From NCBI RefSeq assembly GCF_018350175.1, contig NC_058368.1, forward strand, positions 155,560,001 through 155,624,000: 64,000 bases of DNA, in the 5' to 3' direction. This document shows, one piece after another, positions 26,573 to 38,992 of this stretch. The translations under genes and the position numbers were made by a program. Source of the stretch: Felis catus (taxonomy: Eukaryota). The notes below the pieces were generated by a model that ran no database searches, had not been told where the DNA came from, and saw only the letters and a list, made by a program, of their open reading frames with translations. Every line of letters begins with the position of its first letter. Position 1 is the first letter of the stretch.

Positions 26573-26830
26573 AAAACCCACTCCATAAGCAAAATGAACA
26601 GACAGAAGGCAAACTGGGTAAAAATAAATCACATATAACAAGGATTATTATCCATCATTTGTAAAGAACTACAAATCAATAGGGAAATGACAAAGACTCA
26701 ATAGAAAAAATATCTGGTAATTTATAAGATAAATGTAAATGGCCAATTTTATATAAAAATATGTGCAACTTTCCTGCTTATCAAATAAACACAAATTTAA
26801 TTGTTTTTTTTTTTTTTTGTAGATTAGCAA
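26350..26830 (+). mobile_element. Ancient L1 (L1ME-like) ORF2 fragment containing a (CA)n
   Basis: ttaaaaacttctgtatgg, gactcaatagaaaaa, taaatggccaat, atcaaataaacacaaatttaa resemble degenerate L1 ORF2. Confidence 0.6.
26526..26571. repeat. (CA)n microsatellite
   Basis: Pure AC run, seen directly. Confidence 0.97.
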
Positions 26831-28876
26831 TGATCAAAATAACGAATCACACTTTTCCTTTTTATTATCCTTTAGACTTTTAGGAGCATTTGACACTGTT
26901 GACCATCCCTCTGACCCAGAGCATTCTCTTCCCTTGGCTTTCATTTCTCTGATTTTTCCCTTAGTTCTCTGGTGCCTCCGTCTTTGCAGCTCCTCAGGGA
27001 TCTTGCTGTGCTTTTCACTGAACGTGTTCTCCTGAGGTGACTTCGTCAGCCCTATCACTTGTAAATCTCTTCCTTTTGAGCTTTGGTCAATATATCTAAT
27101 AGCTTATTGTTCATTTCTACTTGGAAGTCTTACAGACACCACAAACTCAGCGTGTCAAAGCTGAACTTATCATTCCCACAGCAGACATGCTCCTCTCCTG
27201 TCTTCATTTTCTCTGTTGATGATAGAACATCCATACAATTACCCAAACCAAAAACCTGGCCGTCAACCTTGATGCTTTCTATCCTATCACCCATCAACTC
27301 AGGTCCTGCTGACTCTTCTCACATGAAAATATTTCTTCCATTTCCACTGCCTCACTCAGGTCATCATAAACTAACTAGTCTTGCTTTAGTCTTGTCATCT
27401 CTAATATATTGTCCGCATCACACAGCTAGAATATTCACTGAAAATGCAAATTGATTCATATTGTATTCTCTTTTTTAGAACCCTTCTTTCCAAGCTCTTT
27501 TATGAGGTTGCGGAAGCTCTCCATAATCTGGCTCTTGCTTATCTTTTCAGCCTGATGACTTTTTATTTACTACTCTACTCTCCAGCAACACTGGACTTTC
27601 TTCAGTCTTCAAATGTACCATATATCTCTTGCCTTTGTATCTCTTTGCATCTCTGCCTAGAAACCGGAAAACTATTTTACGTGCCCCCCACCCTTTCCCC
27701 TTACATGTAATTCTACCCTCCCCAACCAGAAGTGGCTAACTCTTACATTTTTCAGGCCTTAGTCTTCTGAGAATAGAGATTGTATTTGTTCTTTTTGAGT
27801 TGTATCCTTAGCCCTTAGTACAGAATCTGGCACATGGGGGGTACAGAGTGGCTGAATGTAAGTGAATGAATACTGTTTCAAAAGCCACAGCACTGGGTAC
27901 TTTGCAGTAGCACTGTGAAAGGAGTGATGATTAAAAGTCTTACTATCACAGACTAGTCTAGACCAAAATGGTTCCCCATATTGCTAAGACATAGCATTCT
28001 CCCCGATGTCTGGTCATGTAATTAAAAAAATAAAGCCATTTATTTGGAGTCAAGCCAGTCCTTAGACTCACTCTCTGTTCTTTCTCTTACTGTTAAACCC
28101 AGCAAAAATAGGTCAGAAGTGTAGATATCTGGTAGATACCCAAAATTCCTTATGTCTAAAAATTAAGGAAAAATCTTTCCCTAGGAAACTTTTCACCTCT
28201 CGGACTTGTTAATTGGTTAATGGCATCACCAATCCTCCACCTTAAAGAAGTAGAAAGCACTCATTTCTCTTTCTCAACCCTCCTATCTAAGCAGCAAGGA
28301 AGTGATGGTCTCTGTTGCCTAGCAATTTATCCCTTCCTCCTCCGTCTCCATAATAACCACTTTGATTTCATTCTCCACACATACCCCTGAATTTACTCCT
28401 AACTGGTTTCCTCTTGTTCAATCTCCTCTCCTCCAGTATATCCTCACACCATCACCATCAATCTATGCTGTCCCAAACTTACGAACTTCTGATGGCTCCC
28501 CATATCCTAAGAGGATAAAATCCAAGCTACTCCTTAGCATAAAGCCCTCTATTTTGAGGACCTCATTTGCTAGAACTCCTCATCTCATTGGCTCTTGTGC
28601 TCAGCCATAGTAAATCTTTGCCATTCCCTGAACCTGTCACACTGTTCTATATTCTGTACCTGGGTATATGATCTTATTTTTCTGCACAAAATGCAGAAAA
28701 TGACTCTCTCAAGTCATTACTTCTGGAAACAGTTCAGATTTTACTTCCTGTGAAAACCATCTCTAAACAGTCAAGGTAAGCTGGTAACTCCCCATTGCGC
28801 ATTCATAGCACTTCGTATGTTTTTCTAGTGTAACACTTCTCACATTGTTCTGTAATAATTTATTAACATGTTTTTG

Positions 28877-29330
28877 GGGAGACTGCTAACTGTTCATGAA
28901 AACCATTGCTTACACAATTGTAACCAAGCACATAAATTCTCAATACATTGCATTTACCACCTTTCCTTGCAGTTAGGTGTGGTCAATTGACTGAGTCTTT
29001 AACAAAATAAAGTAAAACAAAGACGAAAGCAAAGACCAATCACTGTCATTGGTGTCATTTCTGGCCAGTTCCTTAAGGAAATGGGTCCATTCTTATCCCC
29101 CTCTTTCTGTGATCCAGAATACTGATGAACCTGCAGCCAAGCTGTGACCATGCAGGTAACCTTACTCCCTAGGTGATGGCAGAGAAACAGAATGGAAGGG
29201 ACCTGGTCCCTGAACATGGCTGTGTGGGGCAGAGCCATGTGCCCAGCTGGAGTGCCCACCTTGGACTGTTATGTGTGAGAGAAATAAACTTCTATATCCT
29301 CTGTGTACCTGCGGTCTTTTGGTTAGAGCA
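28877..29330 (+). mobile_element. MaLR solo LTR (MLT1J-like)
   Basis: ccttgcagttaggtgtggtcaattgactgag; ggaagggacctggtccctga; ggactgttatgtgtgagagaaataaacttcta. Confidence 0.65.
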
Positions 29331-29339
29331 TCTTTCTCT

Positions 29340-29872
29340 CTCCTTCACCTGTTCATCCCCATCTTAGGCCATGCTTCAAGGTATTAATACTCTTGAAAGC
29401 CTCTTCCACCTGAATGTGGGTTGGCTTCATGAGGTTTTTTTTGAACACGGAATATGGTGGAACTGATGCTGCTTGTCTTTTGAGGCTAAGGCATAAGTTT
29501 TGCAGTTACTGTCTGGGATTCTTGACGTATTTACTTGTTCTTCAGATGCTCCCTCTTAGAGCTCAGCACATGCTGGAGAAAGCCCAATATACGGAGAGGT
29601 CATGTGTAGTGCTCAGCCCAAGTTGAATTTCCAGCCTATAGCTAGCATCGACTGCCAGCCATGTGAATGAGCCACTTGAGGTGTCAGCTCAGTGACCTTT
29701 CAGATGAGACCAGCCCCACTTTGAATCTGATTGTAACCATATGAGAGACCCCAGGTGAGAACCTCCCAGCTAAGCTCAGTCAACCTATGGAACAATGAAA
29801 GATAATACATGGCTGTTTTAGGCCACTAAGTTTTTGGATGGTTTGTTATGCAGAGATAGATCATCAGAAACA
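29340..29872 (+). mobile_element. MaLR solo LTR (MLT1G/H-like), possibly nested in the end of the preceding LTR
   Basis: gactgccagccatgtgaatgagcca, gagagaccccaggtgagaacctcccagctaagctcagtcaacc, and terminus gccactaagtttttggatggtttgttatgcagagataga. Confidence 0.7.
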
Positions 29873-31735
29873 CTAAAACTGATACAAATCCAAGTCTGCA
29901 TAATGTTGTGAGGATTTTATGAGCATTACTTGGAAGTGGTTTGGGCTACTAAAAAACAATGCCTCTCACAAGCCAAAGTAATAGTCTTAACTTTGTTCTC
30001 AATTTAATGCTTTCTTTTTTTCTTTTAAGTTTCAAAATCATAAAATAAAAAAGTTGAATGCTTGAGGGGGCTTTTCAAAAGCCTATTCTTCTTTCAAATG
30101 TGATTACTTCTGGGTAGAAGAAGACATAAAAGTACTACGTAAACAACAAATAGACTAAGTTATGCTTAACCTTCTAAGACAGGGTAAGTTGGAACTGAAC
30201 ATAGAGTCAGAAAGTAAGTACAAACATATCAGACTGATTATTGTATATTAATGCATAGATTGCAACTGGCAATACTTATTACTAAATGGACACAGTTGGA
30301 ATGTATTCATTGTGGTATCTAATCAGAAGAAGGTGCCAAGACCTAGATTTATACCTACTCCACACATTCCCCATCAAAATTAGATTATTCCCATTTGACC
30401 TTCACTCAGTCTGGGTCACTTCCTTTGACCTGTAGAACCAATAATTTGCTTCCACAGGAAAGTATCCTAAAGGTTTAGTAATCTTAGAGGAGAACAAGAT
30501 CATCTGAATTCTGAAATCACTTAAAAATATATAAAGTTTGAATTCAAGTAGCTTAATTTCAAGTCTCAATTTCCATTCATTCTTTATCAACCTCTCCAAT
30601 GCCCTGTGTCTCAAAGCGGCTCTTGGTCTACCAACTGCAATATCTTGACTTGTAACCATCTCCATGCATGAAGTCTTTCCTGAGCTTCCATTAAAACCTC
30701 CCTGTCCTGTGTCCCATTCTTTCCATGATTCTATTACACAACTAATTGACCCATTTGAAGAAAAATCCTGAAGATGACTCTCGTGGCCAAGTCATATGGA
30801 TTCTATGTCTGTATGTCTTTGGATCCTATCCCCTCTCTTTCCTTTCACTCTCATCACTGGCATTTAGGCCTAATATCCTTTTGCAGGACTATAATAATGG
30901 ACTTTGAACTGTATTTTCCCTATCTTCAGCCTTTCCTTCTTAATATATTTTACTCTAGCTGCTAGATCCATCTTTCTGAACTATTGTGCTGATAGTTTAT
31001 TTCCTCCCCCAAACCCCTTTAATCCCCAGGGCTTAAAGACACACACATATACATATATGCATACTCACAAAACCCCTCCTTAGCCTATCTTTTAATGTTC
31101 TCTGTCATCTCATTACTACCTATAACTTTATTTTTCTTATTCTTCATTCCCACCCATCATGCACCTATGAAACTCCCTTCTTGCCACTGACAATGCTTAT
31201 GTAACATATTCTGTACTTCTACTCCCTTGCTCAAGTTGGCAATCCTAGTTGAAATATTCTTCCCTTCTAGAACTCTTTAAACCCTACCCCTCTCTCAAGG
31301 TTCAACTTAATGAATTTCCCGTCCTCCATTCTTGAATGTCCTGTTGGACCTTGTGACCAGATAGAATCACACCATCTTCCAAATTTCTCCATTACTTTTA
31401 CAAATATCTCCCTTGTGATCCTTATTCCTTTCTCCTTCAGTTATTACATTTATGAATTTTTATCTCCCACCTACTGTCTTTTATTCTATTAACAGAATAC
31501 GTTGCATATGTAATAGTGCTCAATAAATACTGTTGCATGGATGAGGGTGTTATTATTTCAATATGTTACTCATTCTAGATGATATTTACATCTTACCACT
31601 GGCCACAGAGAGACTAATATGGGGAAAGCAGTGGTGAGAGAAGGGAGAAGTTTTTTTTTCTTTTTTTCTTTTGATGGAAAAATCTGAATAAAAAATACTA
31701 CAATGTCTGCCACACCCATGGCTCTCCTCTCTTCA

Positions 31736-31951
31736 TTTTTTTTTAATGTTTATTCATTTTTGAGAGACAGAGAGAGACAGAGCCTGAGCACGGGAGGGGC
31801 AGAGAGAGAGACAGAGACACAGATTCCGAAGAAGGCTCCAGGCTCTGAGTTGTCAGCACAGAGCCTGATGCAGAGCCCAAACCCATGAACCATGAGATCA
31901 CAACCAGAGTCAAAGTCGGACACCTAACCAATTGAGCCACCCAGGCGTCCC
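31736..31951 (-). mobile_element. CanSINE
   Basis: Reverse-complement SINE body and head (gagccacccaggcgtccc); no clear TSD. Confidence 0.94.
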
Positions 31952-32340
31952 ACATGTCACTCATTTAAAAAGACAAGTTTGGTTAGATATTCCTGTCAAT
32001 GTTGAGGAAAAGGATCATCCATCTCTTTATTTTCACATTTAGTTTTTGTTCATTTATTTATATGTATTTATATTTATTTGTACATATTTATATGTATTTA
32101 TATTTATTTATATGTATTCTCTTTCAAATCTTATGAGATAGCTTCATCTCATCTATCCTAATAGCTACTGGTTCTCTCATTTGTTTGCTCTTGCTTTTGG
32201 GTTTTAATATTTTCTGTGTATCTCTCCCCTTTATAAACACTTGGGAATTGCCTTGTTTTGGTATATAGTACCTGGCTTTCCTGCCCATGCAAGGAACCAA
32301 TCACTTGTTGTTTTAAAATATTTCAAAACTTTCCTTCTTA

Positions 32341-32556
32341 TTAATGTTTATTTATTTTTGAGAGAGAGACACACACAGCGTGAGCAGGGGAGGGGCAGAG
32401 AGAGAGGGAGACACAGAATCCGAAGCAGGCTCCAGGCTCTGAGCTGTCAGCACAGAGCCCGATGTGGGGCTCGAACTCACAAACTGTGAGTTCAGGTGGG
32501 GGGGGGGAGGTGCAGGGGAAGCCAATAACAAACCAACTGAGCCACCCAGGCACCCC
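32341..32556 (-). mobile_element. CanSINE with an internal foreign replacement (32495-32532) and almost no poly(A) tail
   Basis: Flanking duplication aaaactttccttcttattaatgt at 32325-32347 and 32557-32579; see findings. Confidence 0.96.
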
Positions 32557-32707
32557 AAAACTTTCCTTCTTATTAATGTAAGCTTACCTAAATCACTTAT
32601 AGTATCAATAAGATTATTTAAGTAGGTAAATAATCCTAGAAACAGCAAGCTGAATGAAAATCTTACCTCATGCATGACACAGAGAGCCTTTATATATATA
32701 TATATAC

Positions 32708-32892
32708 TTTTAAATATGAAATTTATTGTCAAATTGGATTCCATACAACACCCAGTACTCATCCCAATAGGTGCCCTCCTCAATGCCCATCACCCACCCT
32801 CCCCTCCCTCCCACCCCCCATCAACCCTCAGTTTATTCTCAGTTTTTAAGAGTCTCTTATGGTTTGCCTCCATCCCTCTCTAGCTTTTTCTT
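32708..32892 (-). mobile_element. Feline L1 3'-end fragment (about 180 nt) inserted in a SINE tail
   Basis: Reverse complement of the L1 3'UTR seen in sense at 58300-58455 (catcaaccctcagttt, aagagtctcttatggttt). Confidence 0.92.
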
Positions 32893-33081
32893 CATACATT
32901 TTTAAAGGTTTATTTATTTATTTTGAGGGGGGAGAGGGGCAGAGAGAGCAGGAGAGAGAAAATCCCAAGTAGGCTCCATGCTGTCAGTGTAGAGCTTGAT
33001 GCAGGCTCAAATTCACAAACTGCAAGATCATGACCTGAGTTGAAGTTGTACACTTCACCAAATGAGCCACCCAGGTGTCCC
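32893..33081 (-). mobile_element. CanSINE
   Basis: Head ends gagccacccaggtgtccc; TSD agagcctttatat at 32683-32695 and 33082-33094 encloses both this SINE and the L1 fragment. Confidence 0.94.
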
Positions 33082-33539
33082 AGAGCCTTTATATCTTTTA
33101 ATATGTGTTTCATACACAAGTCCTTTCTACTTCCTACATAATTTTCTTGTTCAATTTCTGTTCTTGTGATGTCTTCATAATGAATTCAATTAAACATCCA
33201 AGTGAAAGTTTAATCTTAATGAAAAAAAAATTAACAAAAATAATGCAAGGACTTAATTTATAATTCACATTATTTCATATTCCTTCGGCACACTACCTTT
33301 TCCCTGCTGATACTGGTGCAATGTACCATTTTATGCTGTAACATGTAAAAAATAAACTTTTTATGAAAATAAAACCCCTACTAAGCTGGTAGAATGAAAC
33401 ATATTTTAATATAGATATTTTAATTACTCTTAATTAAAATCTTGCAGAGATTCTCATTCATGTTCTATGGAATGTTCATATTCACATATTTAAAGAAGTA
33501 GTTGCCTTTAGGGCTTAATCACTTAGAACAATGCCTCTA

Positions 33540-33729
33540 GGGGTGCCTGGGTGGCCCAGCTGACAGCCTCTGACTCTGGACGTTGGCTCTGGTCATGGGT
33601 TTGAGGCTCATGTCAGGCTCTGCATTAACAGACTTTCTGCCCCTTTCCCTGCTGGCATGTGCACACCCTTTCTCTCTCAGTCTCTCTCAAAATAAGTAAA
33701 TGAACTAAAAAAAAAAAAAAAAAAAAAAA
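33540..33729 (+). mobile_element. CanSINE, diverged and internally deleted, with long A tail
   Basis: gggggtgcctgggtggccc head; TSD aatgcctct at 33530-33538 and 33731-33739. Confidence 0.92.
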
Positions 33730-33791
33730 GAATGCCTCTGACACTATAATCCCATATTACTTTAAAGACATAATCTCAGATGAATATTATT

Positions 33792-34016
33792 ATTATTTAA
33801 AAAAAAATTTTTTTTAACGTGTATTTATTTTTGAGACAGAGAGAGACAGAGCATGAATGGGGGAGGGTCAGAGAGAGGGAGACACAGAATCCGAAACAGG
33901 CTCCCGGCTCCGAGCTGTCAGCACAGAGCCGGACGCGGGGCTCAAACTCACAGACCTCGAGATCATGACCCGAGCCAAAGTCGGCCGCCTAACCGACTGA
34001 GCCACCCAGGCGCCCC
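33792..34016 (-). mobile_element. Young CanSINE (CpGs largely intact)
   Basis: Perfect TSD tcagatgaatattatt at 33776-33791 and 34017-34032. Confidence 0.97.
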
Positions 34017-34222
34017 TCAGATGAATATTATTTTATGAAATAACCTGAAATACATTCCTCAGAATGGCCCTTGGAGGAATAGTTGGGTAAGGATGATTTT
34101 CAGAATTTGGAAGATGGGTTAAAGGGCTCAAGGAGGTGAAGTATGTACATTTAGCACACTCAAAAGCACATATGATTGAGCTCAAAATGGAACTAAAGGT
34201 TTCTTATTTCAAATTCTTTGGG

Positions 34223-34452
34223 TTTTTTTTTAAAGTTTATTCATTTTGTGTGTGTGTGTGAGAGACAGAGAGAGCGAGCGAGCGCATGTGCGCTCCAGTG
34301 GGGGAGGGGCAGAGAGAGAGGGAGAAAGAGAATTCTAAGCAGATTCTGCACTGTCTGCACAGAGCCCAACATGGGGCTTGAACTCCTGAACCGTGAGATC
34401 ATGACCTAAGCCGAAGTTGGACGTTTAACCGACTGAGCCACCCAGGTGCCCC
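34223..34452 (-). mobile_element. CanSINE
   Basis: Reverse-complement SINE ending gagccacccaggtgcccc. Confidence 0.95.
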
Positions 34453-34549
34453 ATTAATTATTTGTTCATTATCCTTCAATAGTAAATTTGCTTTCACTTA
34501 TTTCTAAGTTGGTAGCAACAATGCACTGAAGTTGTTAATAAATTAAACA

Positions 34550-34900
34550 GGTATTTTAAAAGTGCCTGCCTACTTTGTGCCAGGCACCATTCCAGATGCT
34601 TTGAGATATATCTGAACAGAACCAACAAAACTTACATTCCAGTGGGGGGCGGTGGGGGGGGGAGGTGCAGGGGAAGCCAATAACAAATTATCAACATAAC
34701 AAATCATTCAATACATAGAGGGTTGGACTGTCATAAATGGTACAGAAACACAGAACAGAGAAGCGACAGAGATGCGATTTTAAATGATATAGTCAGGACA
34801 GGAATTGAAGTAACATCATAAAGACCTGAAGGAGATGATGGGGTGAGCTCTGTGGATATATAAGGGTGGAACATTCTAGGCAGAGGCCAATACAAAGAAG
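34550..34900 (-). mobile_element. L2 3' fragment
   Basis: agtgcctgcctactttgtgccaggcaccattccagatgct...cttacattccagtggggg...aagacctgaaggagatga...gaacattctaggcagagg is reverse-complement L2-like. Confidence 0.7.
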
Positions 34901-35127
34901 TTGAAATCAATCATTCATTGCCTATCAGTCTCTGCTGAAACCAGGATGATAACATTGTTAAAGCAAAACTCTGTGGATGAATAATATTTGTCATACTTCT
35001 TTTATTATATGCTATTAAACATTAATCTCATAATTATTTACAGACTACAAACTATATGCTGGGCATTGAAGCAATAACGATGAAAAGACAGACATGGTTT
35101 TTGTCCTCATGAAGGGTACACTTTAAT

Positions 35128-35338
35128 TTTTTTTTAATGTTTTATTTATTTTTGAGAGAAAGAGAGAGAGACAGTGCAAATGGAAGAGGGGCAGAGAGAG
35201 GAGACACAGAATCGGAAGCAGGCTCCGGGCTCTGAGCTGTCAGCACAGAGCTGGATGCGGTGCTCAAACCCATGAGCTGTGAGATCATGACCTGAGTAAA
35301 AGTCGGACGCTTAACCGACTAAGCCACCCAGGTGCCCT
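35128..35338 (-). mobile_element. CanSINE inserted into an L2 remnant
   Basis: TSD tcatgaag(gg/ct)tacactttaat at 35107-35127 and 35339-35359. Confidence 0.96.
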
Positions 35339-35579
35339 TCATGAAGCTTACACTTTAATGGAGGTTGGAGAGACAAGTTAATAGATACTATACAGGTAAT
35401 ATACATATGGTAGGGGTGGTACAGGGAGCCATGGGGACAGAAGATAGGAGTGTCTCTCTCAGACTACAGGAATGGGACTTTGAAGAGAAAGCTATCAGAG
35501 ATTAAAGTCTTTCATTTCTGTCCCAACAGCACAGACATCAGAACACATATCTATATTGTATATAGAATCAAGTAATAAA

Positions 35580-35766
35580 TGCTTCACATGTATTTAATCC
35601 TCACAACACTGTATGAGGATGCCCTATCATTATCATTTTATAAGTGAAGGAATGAAAATCCAGAGAGGTTAGGCAACTTGTCCAAGGTCACAGAGATAGA
35701 AAGTGGCAGAGAAAGGACTTGAACTCTGGCAGGATGGCTCCAGAGTCTGTGCTCTTAACTACTCTA
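35580..35766 (-). mobile_element. MIR
   Basis: atttaatcctcacaac...cagagaggttaggcaacttgtccaaggtcacag...ggctccagagtctgtgctcttaac is a clear MIR reverse complement. Confidence 0.85.
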
Positions 35767-38700
35767 TCTTGCACACTCTCTGAGCAGCATGTCTGTAAAA
35801 CAGTTCATGAATAAAGACCTTTGGGTATTTTCCAGCTATAGGTATGGCGTGGTATGGATTGTCTATAGTTTGATTACAGAATGAGTTTTTATCAGCATGA
35901 TATAGAATGAAGAAATTCTGCTTTGTCTAAAGATTAAAACCAAAACATCTTGTTCATACTGTGGTATGAACTTCTGACACTGGTATTCACTAGCCCATTA
36001 GTATAAAAAGTTTGCGTTAGGAGCAGCTCTTGGGAATCCTTTTTCCTCCTGTCTTTTGACATTCTAAATAAAGAAAGGGAGGATAACCTCTTTTACTCTG
36101 AGTATTGTCTACTGGGTGCAACAGATTTTGTCAAATGATGAGGGTCCACAAATACACGTTAAATATCTGTCCTCTACAGACACAGCCCTGCTCTTAGATA
36201 CTACCTTCACAGAGACAAATCAGACATTCTGGACCAAATCACAAATTACATGACTTATTCCAGGTTAGTAGAGAGCTGTCAGATAGTAACCATCCTGAGT
36301 AGAGGTTGCACTAGTGACCTAAATGAAAAATCCAGAAGGGCTCTGGGCAGACATCCATGTGGATGTGAGAGTGGGCTGTGGAACCTTGCAGAAATACTAT
36401 TTGCTCTGCTTGATTTCTAACAGCTGATTTCCCACTTTCATCATGCCCAGCTCCCTGACTAGTTAGACAACTGGAGACTCTAACTGGGGACTGCACAAAT
36501 TCTATCTGTTGAAGAAATAACATTCTCTGATAATGATAAGTGATACAAATTCCGACTGGAATTCTTAGAAAGGCATAAACAATAGAAAGAGCAACTGTAT
36601 ATGAAAATAAGGAAATGGCAGGCTAGGGAAATGGAATTGAATTATTTTAAAGACCATGGATATGATAATTTTCCAGTTATGGCATAGCAGAAAGCCATTC
36701 AATGATTTAGGGAAAACTGTATGAATATGTATACAGCTTATATGTAAATATCTTTTGATAACTTGATTATTTTCAGGTATGATATATATGACATTATATA
36801 ATAGTGAAGCTTTATGTCTCTTAAATCATTCTGAAGGCTGGATCCATCATAACACAATATCCTAATAATAGCTAACTGAGAGAGACACAGATTAAGAAAG
36901 GTCACAGTCAGGTAGAAATTTCAAACAGAATAGGAAGAAAATAGATTTTATCACAGACTTTGGGTGTAATGCTACTTACAATGATAAAAGATAAACAGAA
37001 GTCAGAATAGGATGAAAGAAATTTGGCAAAAATAGTCATCAAAGATTAACGCTAAAGTGAAATGGACTGACCATCACATTATATAATTGTTACCATGTCA
37101 TGCAGTGAAAGGAATCATGATCAATCTTCTATTTATAAAGAGAGCTAAACTTATTCTCAAAGAAAAATATTGACTAGGCTTACAGTGAAGATCAACAGTT
37201 GTGATAACTAATTTTCAGTTTTACCTTTTAATCCTATAATCTTCTCAAGGCAAATAAATGTTTCTATAAGATAGAAATAACACAATTAAAAATATTAAAT
37301 AAAAATATGCAATAAAATATGTAAATGCTACTTTTAAGTACTATTATACCTGTCTGAACCTATATTGAAACATTAAAGAAATGTTCTTTTTAAAACACTA
37401 GATTGCCTCTGAGAGATTAAGAATTCATAAATTTATAATGGTAACCAAATGAAAAAAAATAGGGTAAACTTTCTAGATGAAAATATGACTTTCCTAACTA
37501 AAGGCTAAAAAACAAGGGAAATGTAATGTGCATTACATTCTTATTGTGCAGAATGTGTTTATATCTAATCTAATGCTTGCATACATTATTCCAATGCTGT
37601 GAGAACAGAGTAACAATTGTAATGTTGCTCTGAATCAAAATAACAGAATCTGTCAGTTGACATGTTGTAGTGTTGGCACTTTCATTATCGCTCATAGAAT
37701 AATTGTATACTTCTTTTTACTGTTATTTTGTGGCAGTTTATCTCTTTAAAAATGCTACCCAAACTATCATCTGCAGGAATCTGAAAGTCATAAACAGTCA
37801 CTAAGTTTCAGTAGACGTTTTCAATATACCCATACATATGTTTATGCATTATCTGTTTTGATAAAATGTGATTCTTACATGCCTAGTCTGTTATTTCACC
37901 ACAATTTGCATTGTTATAATAAGTTATTGATTGATTTTCAGTTTAAGGGACTAAGGTAGTATTCAGTAATGACGGAGTGCTACAAGTTTATTGCAAGTGC
38001 CCAAGGTTCACTCACCCCAAGCAATTTAGTCAATAACCAATTTTTATACTTCTATCTCCTTCAAAATTCCAAACCAATAATCCCTGTGTGTGTGTTTTTT
38101 TTAATTATTTCAGTATCAGACTAACATTTCCCATGGAAATCAATATGGGTGCGATCTATTAGCCAAAAATCTGCAGTACTGCAATGCAAACATATTAAAA
38201 ATATTGATCTTGCAAAGCTACTGATGTTTTGATTGACTTTAATGTTTGTAAGCAGCAATAACAGAATTTCAATGACTGAAACAAACTTTTGATTAAAATT
38301 ATAGATTTTCTTGGGGGGGGATTTGCTATTTTACTGGTTCAAAGCTTACCACATGGCTTACTTGCCTGCCATAAATGAATGTGGTGGGATATACTTATCC
38401 AATTCCTTATTTGTAAATATTTTAGTCTATCATAGCTTACACATCTTTATGTACTTTGAACTTCCCTGACATTTCAATTCCACTTCTTATTATATCGTAT
38501 ACTGTGGTGGAATTTCAGACTGAGAATGGCAGGAATTGAGACCTCTAATCCTTCTTTTACCATTACGCAACCTTTGGGAAGGCATTTAACTCTCAGTTTA
38601 AATTCCCCAAATGTAAAATGGAATTAACCTTGCGAATCAATGAACATTCTTATTATTTTTTAGATCAATGGACAACAAAGACCATAATTTATACATATAA

Positions 38701-38946
38701 AAGATTATTTGACCCAAAGATGCATCCTTTGCAGAAAGCACAGGATTTTGCAGCCATTTAGTGATAACCTACAATGCTCTCATTTTATATACAAAGATAC
38801 TGAGGCCCCAAAAAGTTCAGTGATAAGGCCATTCCTGACCACCCCATTTAAAGTATACCTGTGCACCCCCATCTGCACTCTCTCACCCTTTAACCTACTT
38901 TATTTTTATCCTGACACCACTACCTAAAACATTTTAAATGCATTAC

Positions 38947-38947
<1 letters not shown>

Positions 38948-38992
<45 letters not shown>
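38948..38992. repeat. (CA)n(TA)n microsatellite
   Basis: Seen directly. Confidence 0.95.

Larger units (their letters stand above)
25830..28865 (+). mobile_element. Fragmented L2 LINE tract (several pieces, interrupted)
   Basis: gcatttgacactgttgaccatccctct (L2 RT-like), cttggcttt, caaactcagcgtgtcaaagctgaactt, gtacagaatctggcacatg...gaatgaat and other L2 motifs; not necessarily one insertion. Confidence 0.6.

Noticed and set aside
36311..36523. Minus-strand ORF with an acceptor-like ttatttcttcaacag
   Set aside because: Only a weak donor (gttcca) follows, and the peptide is not recognisable.
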